Below are positions 57,462-64,000 of a stretch of DNA of 64,000 bases, in pieces. The translations under genes were made by a program, and so were the position numbers. The notes beneath the pieces are model-generated. The model saw nothing but the letters and a program-made list of their open reading frames with translations. It had not been told where the DNA came from and did no database searches. The stretch is from Piromyces finnis finn (taxonomy: Eukaryota; Fungi; Neocallimastigomycota): positions 1 through 64,000 of the forward strand of contig MCFH01000002.1 in assembly GCA_002104945.1 (NCBI GenBank). Reading direction: 5' to 3'. Numbering within the stretch: position 1 is the first letter of the stretch; every line of letters begins with the position of its first letter.

Positions 57462-59232
57462 TAATATTATATTATCTCGTAATATAATATAAATAAATAA
57501 ATATAAAAAGTGTATTCTTTTTGACTAAGAAAAGAAAAAAAAAACATCAACAATAATCTAATCAAATGAAAGAAAATAAAAAAGAAAGAATCTTTTCTAT
57601 ATATCTTTATTATATAATTTTCTTAAATAAATTTAAATTTTACATTTTACATATTTTTAGAAAATACAATGATTATACTTTCTTATTTTTAATTAGAATG
57701 TTATCAGTAGCTGTCAAATTCTAATTTAAAAATCTTTAAGCATAAAATTTTTCTGAATATATATAATTTGAATCCAATAAAAAAATTTTTTCAGCATAAT
57801 CCTTTGACATCCCAATTGTTTTTTTTTTTTTTAAAAAAAAATATATATATATTATTTTTTATTATATATATTATATAAAAAAAACATATATAAAAATATT
57901 AATTCTCTTAATATTTTTTTCATATTATTTAAAAAATAGAGCTTTAAACTTATTTTTAATTAATATAAAAAAAATAGTATAATAAGAATGGAAATAATAA
58001 AAATATGAAAGTAAAGTACTGTAATGTGTCATTTTATTATAATAATAAAGTTTAAATAATATTATAGTCAAAACAGAATGTGAAATACTATTATTTGAAT
58101 TTTAAATCTAATTATAGGCTCATACATAAATTAAAAAATCTTTTTTTTTTTTTTGTTTTTTCATTCATTTTGAGTTTCGAGTTTTTCAAAAATAAAAATT
58201 ACACTAATATAAGTTGAAGTAATAATCATTAATATAATACTATTTTAAATTAATTTTAGCATCAATACTACTGTATAGGATTATATAATAGAATTCTTTA
58301 TTTAATAACAATTTAAATATAATTAAGAATATGATAGAATTTAAATAAAGAAAATTAATAAAAGTTTTAAATATCATTCTATTTTGTTCAAATTAAAAAA
58401 TTTAATTATATATTATGTATTAATTAAAATAAAAAAAATTAAATATATTTTAATTTATATATAACAATATTATTAATAAGTTTAATAAAGAAAAAAAGAA
58501 TTGATCTAAAACTAACTTCTACATCCTAATTTTATTATAAAAATATTAAAAAAAAAAAAAAAGGAAAGAAAAAAAAAGTTATATATATTAATTTAATATT
58601 CATTTTTTTTATTAACTATTTTTAGATATTTAATTTTAAAATGATTGCATAAAATATTTATTTTAGTTAAATAAATTTAAAAATGTTATTAAATTAATTC
58701 TCAAACTTTAATTTTATTAAATTAAAAAGTTTATTTATTTGTATTTAACTTTAAAAATTTTATATTTGAAAAATATAACTTTTTATTGTATAATAATCCA
58801 CGAAAATATTTTTTTTTAACTGTGTTTTTTTTTTTTACATAAAATAATAAAATCGATTCAAATAATAATTAATAAATAATAATAAATATTAAAAAACAAT
58901 GAATATGATCATAAAAAAAAATTAATTACACTTTAAAACATTGATAATTGAATAAATCCATAATTTATGATGTATTAATATTATAAAAGATTATAAAACT
59001 AAAACTTAAAGGATGATGTTTCATAGTTAAAAGACAAGGTTTTTTATATATCAAATACTATTAAAATTTTTTGCAACATTACTTTAATAATAAAATTGGT
59101 ACTATTTTTTTTTACCATCAATTTTAATGAGAATTATAAAATAAAATACATATCTATTCTTTAATAAAAATTAAAATTCATAAATATATTTATAAATCAA
59201 AAACTTTAAATTTTTTATTTTTTCTTTTAGTT

Positions 59233-59235
<3 letters not shown>

Positions 59236-59312
<77 letters not shown>

Positions 59313-59313
59313 T
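59236..59313. repeat. (TTTA)n tetranucleotide microsatellite
   Basis: A long perfect TTTA run; similar runs occur at ~51349-51403 and ~57414-57461. Confidence 0.9.
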
Positions 59314-60047
59314 ATAAAATGGATTATGTAGAAATATATTTATGTATTCTATTTTAATTCTGATTAAAAACGATTCTAATATAAAAAATTCATTTTTTAT
59401 GGGAGAAAAAATTTTTTTTTTTGTTACTAAAGATTATTGATTTATTATTTAAAATTGAAATATGCCATTTGCCATTCAGTATAATTTCATCTAAACTTGG
59501 TTTATTATAAAATATTATCTATTAAAAAAAGATAGCTTTTAAGTAAATATTTTTATTATATATTTAATAAAAGTGCAAAAAATTATTTAAGAGTTTATCA
59601 ATGATATTGATAACTTTTTTTAATGCTAATAATATTTGTACATAAAGAAGTTGTAATAGTCTTTTATTTTAAAAAATATTTTTAAATTTATAAAAAAAAA
59701 ATTAAATATACTTTTATATCTATATTATCTATGTTATAATAATTCTTACATAAAGACATAATAATAAAAAGTATAATTAAAAAAACATAATAATGTTTCA
59801 CATGAATTTTTTGTATGAACTATTTTTAATCTTTGGCAGAAATGAATGATAAATTATATTATTAATTAGCAATAGGCAGTTAAAACAATTTTTATCTAAA
59901 GAAATTTCTTTAATTTTTATTATAAAACCTAAAAAAGAAGAAATTGTTATTTATTTATTTTTTTTTGAATCAAAAGTATTAAAACTTTTTATACTTTAAA
60001 AAAAAAAAGAAAGAAAGCTGACTTTTACTTAACTTTATTTTAATAAT

Positions 60048-60412
60048 CGGCCTGAGAGGGTCTAGTGTACATGGTACATTCCAAATTAGAACTTAATAAG
60101 TGGTGACTTAGGCTATGCCAAAAACACATAATATTCCTTAATCAATTTAAGTGTAAACATTAGGGGGCGGTTGACACGTGATCAAATTGACTATAAGAGG
60201 CTTAGCATTGTAGTTGTGAAATATCGTACAACGACATGCATCTAATGTACATGGATTAAGTGAGCGTCGAAGCTGAAGAAACAGTATGACAGACCAGGAG
60301 GGTCACAACCACCTAGCAATAGGAATGAGCCAACGTTTCTCTAAGAACCACCATTGGAGCTAACTCTGATCGATGGGAGAAATGCACTCGGAAGTTAAAA
60401 AAAAAAAAAAAA
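60048..60412 (+). mobile_element. Non-LTR retroposon insertion (SINE, 5'-truncated LINE 3' end, or retrocopied RNA) with poly(A) tail and 13-bp TSD
   Basis: A GC-elevated 349-bp body is followed by A16 (60397-60412). It is flanked by identical TTATTTTAATAAT at 60035-60047 and 60413-60425, exactly at the edges of the composition shift. Confidence 0.8.
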
Positions 60413-61662
60413 TTATTTTAATAATTGCTATTAATACTATTATTTTTCCAAATTTAATAAATTTAGTTTTAACTTTAAAGGTATTATTTTACTTTATTGT
60501 ATATATTATAATACATTATGTAATTTAAATATTAATTAATTTTAAATCTTCATATGAGGAACTTTTGTCATACAATACTAACACAAAAATAAATTAAAAA
60601 TGAATTAATTTTAATAAAAGTTTTTTATATTATAAAAATAATATTTCATTATATATATCGGATATATTAATATGTATTACTTTATAAAATTTTAATTAAC
60701 ATTAATTTACTTTGATATTAATAATTAAAAAGTGCTTAATAATCCTGGTTAAAAAATAATATTGACACTATTAAAAAGTCTTAACTTTTTTAAAAAAAAA
60801 TAAACATTTCTATAAAAGGGGTATTATTTAAAAATTAAAAAGAACATTACTACTCTAATTAGTACATGTAAAGTTGATTTTTATTTTTCATTATGTAATA
60901 ATAACTTACATCCTATTAATTTTACTTAAAAACACCTCCTTTTTTTAAAACTATTAATAAAAAAAAATTTTTCTTACTAGATTGATCTTCCTATCAAAAA
61001 AATAAATTATACAGAAAGTAATAAATGGAATTATACCAATTGTAATATTTAGAAATTAATTGATAGATATAATATATGAAAATAAATAATCAAAATTGAT
61101 ATATTATGTTTTTAATTCCATCCATGTTTTTTATTATTTATATTATGATATATATTACAATATAATTAATTATATTGTGTAATGTTTGATGTTGAAAATT
61201 TTATTTTTATATTCATTTTAAAAAAAACCACAACTACTAAAAATAGAAATTTTCAATATTAAATTTTTAATTGAAAAATTAAATTTTATTAACCTGATCA
61301 GCATTAGCCAATAATAAATTATTCTTCATATGATAAAATAGTCTTATTCATGATGGACATGATGACAAATAAAATAAAAATTTTTTAAGGAGTTCGACGA
61401 ATAAATAAATCTTCACTTTTTTTTTAATATGAACAGGTTTCCTAAATTATAGATTTGGCTTATTAATTCAATACTATCAATTCCGTAGTAATGCGGAATT
61501 TGCGGCGCTATGTTATTTTCTAAATGTCTAAATGATAAAGAATGAAAATAAAGTAACGATATAAAAAAAATAAGCTAAAAAAATTAATGGCTTTAGACTT
61601 TGATTTATTTAGTTGTAATTTTAATTGTGATTTTTTCCTTTTTTATAAAAAAGTTTATCCTT

Positions 61663-61792
61663 CTTAAATAGTAAATTCTTTTTTTTATACTCTTTAAATG
61701 AACAAACTTTATAATATAATAAAAACTCTTAAATAGTAAATTCTTTTTTTTATACTCTTTAAATGAACAAACTTTATAATATAATAAAAACT
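61663..61792. repeat. Exact 65-bp tandem duplication
   Basis: CTTAAATAGTAAATTCTTTTTTTTATACTCTTTAAATGAACAAACTTTATAATATAATAAAAACT occurs at 61663 and again at 61728. Confidence 0.9.
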
Positions 61793-63804
61793 CTTTTGTT
61801 AATGAACTTTAATCTTTATAAGAAAAAACTTTATCATTATTCATACCGTTAGATATACATTATATGGCAATATATTAAATATATTACTCTATTATTTTCA
61901 ATTAAATATATTTTTATTTATTGAAAATCTATTATAATGTAAGACAAATAGTGTTATAAAGATAAACATATATTATAAATCATCAATTTGTATATTGTTA
62001 TATATATGCTGTATTATATTTTTAAATTGAACCATTTTTATCATTATATATATTATATTTAAATTGAACTTAAATATCATTTATATTCAAATTTTTTAAA
62101 TAATAATATATTATTAGTTATATATTAGCATTAATGGATGATTTATACTAAAATACACTAACCCATAAAAATATTGGGTGTAAGAGTAAAATAAGAAAAA
62201 AAAATAGTAATGAGTAACGATTAGTAATTTTCACAATGTAAACCATTTTTATATTAAATCATATGAATTTTATTCTACTTAGCATTATAATCAATCTTCT
62301 TATCAAATATCATTTTAATAGGAATAAAATTGGCTTTGAATTTATTTATTATATTCATTATATTCATTATATATATATATTAATAAAAAAAAAAGTCGCA
62401 TAAATTAACAGAAATGGAAAGTATCGAAAGCAAATCACTACCAAAAATAAAAGGTTATTAATAATAACAAAAATGGCATTGAAACAAAATAAAAATTAAA
62501 ATTTGGATGCATTGAAAAAAAAAAAAAAAACTATATAAATATTAAAAAAAGTTCTTACTTTTTATTTTATAAAAATTTAAATAAAAAAATAAAAAATAAA
62601 AAAATAAAAAAGAATTATAATTTTCTAATAACCTCTTCACAAATTAAAAGAGGAACAAAACTTTAGAACTCAATAAATTTTCAAAAATTATAATAAGGTA
62701 TAAAAAAACTATATAAAATTTCACTTTAATTGTTTTCTTTAAAATACTCATACCTTTGTATCATTTTATACTAATAGATAAAAACAAAAATTTAAAAGGT
62801 AAAAAAAGTTTTTTTTATTATTACATTAAAAATCATACCATTTTTTTGTTTCATGCAATAGTTATGTCGTTGTTGGAGAAAAAAAAAAGTTTTATTATTT
62901 AAATAAAAAAAAAGAAAGAAGAAAAGTAAAATGAATACAAATTTTAATTATTAAGAATTTTGTTTTGATTATTAAGACTTTTTATTAATTTTAATAAGAG
63001 TGATAAGATTTTTTATTTTACATAACCTGTTTTTTTTTAATTTTTACAAAATCATCCATTGATTATAATTACAATATAAAACAATATATAATAAAAATAT
63101 TTCAGAATATATTAATATATATTAAAAATATATTATAATAATTTATTCCATAATAAAATAATATTAGGTTAATATTATAGTATTATCATACATATTAAAA
63201 CTATATTAAAATTAATAGAATGATTAAATTTTATAATATATTATAATAAAATTCATTTTAAAAAATTTTATTTTATATTCAATTCAAATGATAATAAATA
63301 TTAAATTAATATATTAAATTTTTTATATGAAATACTAAATTTATATATAATAAATTTTTTATATGAAAGTTAGCGAATAAAAACGAAGAAAAAAAAGTTT
63401 ATTAAAAAAAATTTAAAAAAATAATATAATTAGGAAATATATTTTTTATTATATAAACAAATAACAGACCTTTTTTTTTTTAAATTTAATAATCAATTTT
63501 TAAATTAAAATATTGTATTTCTATTAAATATTAAATAATATAGAGGATAAAAGATAAAAAGATATTATTTAATTAAAATTGTTTATACGATTTTAAATTT
63601 AAAAAAATTTGTTCATTTTATATTATTTTCATATAGTCATCTAACTTTTTTTTTATAAATCACTTTAATTTATTAGTAATAATAATATATATATAAAAAG
63701 TAAATATAATACAATAATAAAAAAAAATAATCAAAATAAAGTAAAAATATATAGATATATAAAAATAATTTATAATTTCATTTAATTGTCGAATAATTTT
63801 CAAT

Positions 63805-64000
63805 ATGTTGACGAAAAAACTTGGAGCATTAACTGTTACAGCAGCCATTCCGGTATTAATTATAAGTTTTTTTTTAGCACAAATTGATATTCAAAGATAT
63901 AATATTGGAGCTGCAATTGATATTCTCACTAAAAAACCACTTCCAAAAGAAGTTCCAAATCCACCTTCTTCAAAAGAATTTTTAGTTCGTTTATCACCAG
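63805..64000 (+). CDS. 5' end of a gene encoding a protein with an N-terminal signal/anchor; runs off the window
   Basis: An open frame runs from ATG 63805 to the edge: MLTKKLGALTVTAAIPVLIISFFLAQIDIQRYNIGAAIDILTKKPLPKEVPNPPSSKEFLVRLSP. GC is elevated relative to the flank. Confidence 0.65.
   Translation, partial: MLTKKLGALTVTAAIPVLIISFFLAQIDIQRYNIGAAIDILTKKPLPKEVPNPPSSKEFLVRLSP

Noticed and set aside
60048-60396. U3, SRP, RNase P/MRP, telomerase RNA, TPP riboswitch or 16S fragment (GGCCTGAGAGGGT)
   Set aside because: Only isolated 6-13-nt resemblances were found, not in the required order or with the required pairing. The TSD plus poly(A) explain the boundaries better.
60160-60396. Ty3/gypsy gag-protease relic (RGRLTRDQIDYKR, LELTLIDGR)
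   Set aside because: The similarity is weak, interrupted by stops and lacks a zinc knuckle. A poly(A) tail with a 13-bp TSD does not fit an LTR element.

Overview
This is an extremely AT-rich eukaryotic window with GT-AG introns. The composition and the presence of two fungal-scaffoldin-type genes point to an anaerobic gut fungus (Neocallimastigomycota; inference). I find about 12 protein genes separated by long, near-pure A/T spacers. (1) A ~3,050-aa chromatin-reader/DNA-methyltransferase fusion that the ORF track splits in two; it carries AT-hooks, two Tudor/chromo-barrel domains, ZZ, extended PHD, ZZ, a GATA-like finger, an active-looking amino-MTase and a degenerate second MTase fold. (2) ERMARD-like. 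(3) A divergent Cdc42. (4, 10) Two paralogous secreted, Cys-rich, membrane-anchored scaffoldin-like proteins. (5) A CXC + split-NTF2-like orphan. (6) Neo1/ATP9 P4-ATPase. (7) WAPL. (8) Sec9/SNAP-25-like SNARE. (9) An Asn-rich orphan. (11) Pol5/MYBBP1A. (12) The 5' end of a signal-anchor gene at the right edge. The 7-kb gene-free stretch at 56.5-63.8 kb holds a 365-bp GC-elevated insertion with a poly(A) tail and an exact 13-bp target-site duplication (a retroposon), plus tandem duplications and an isolated GNRA hairpin. All exon models were spliced by hand, and all family calls rest on motif recognition rather than database searches.
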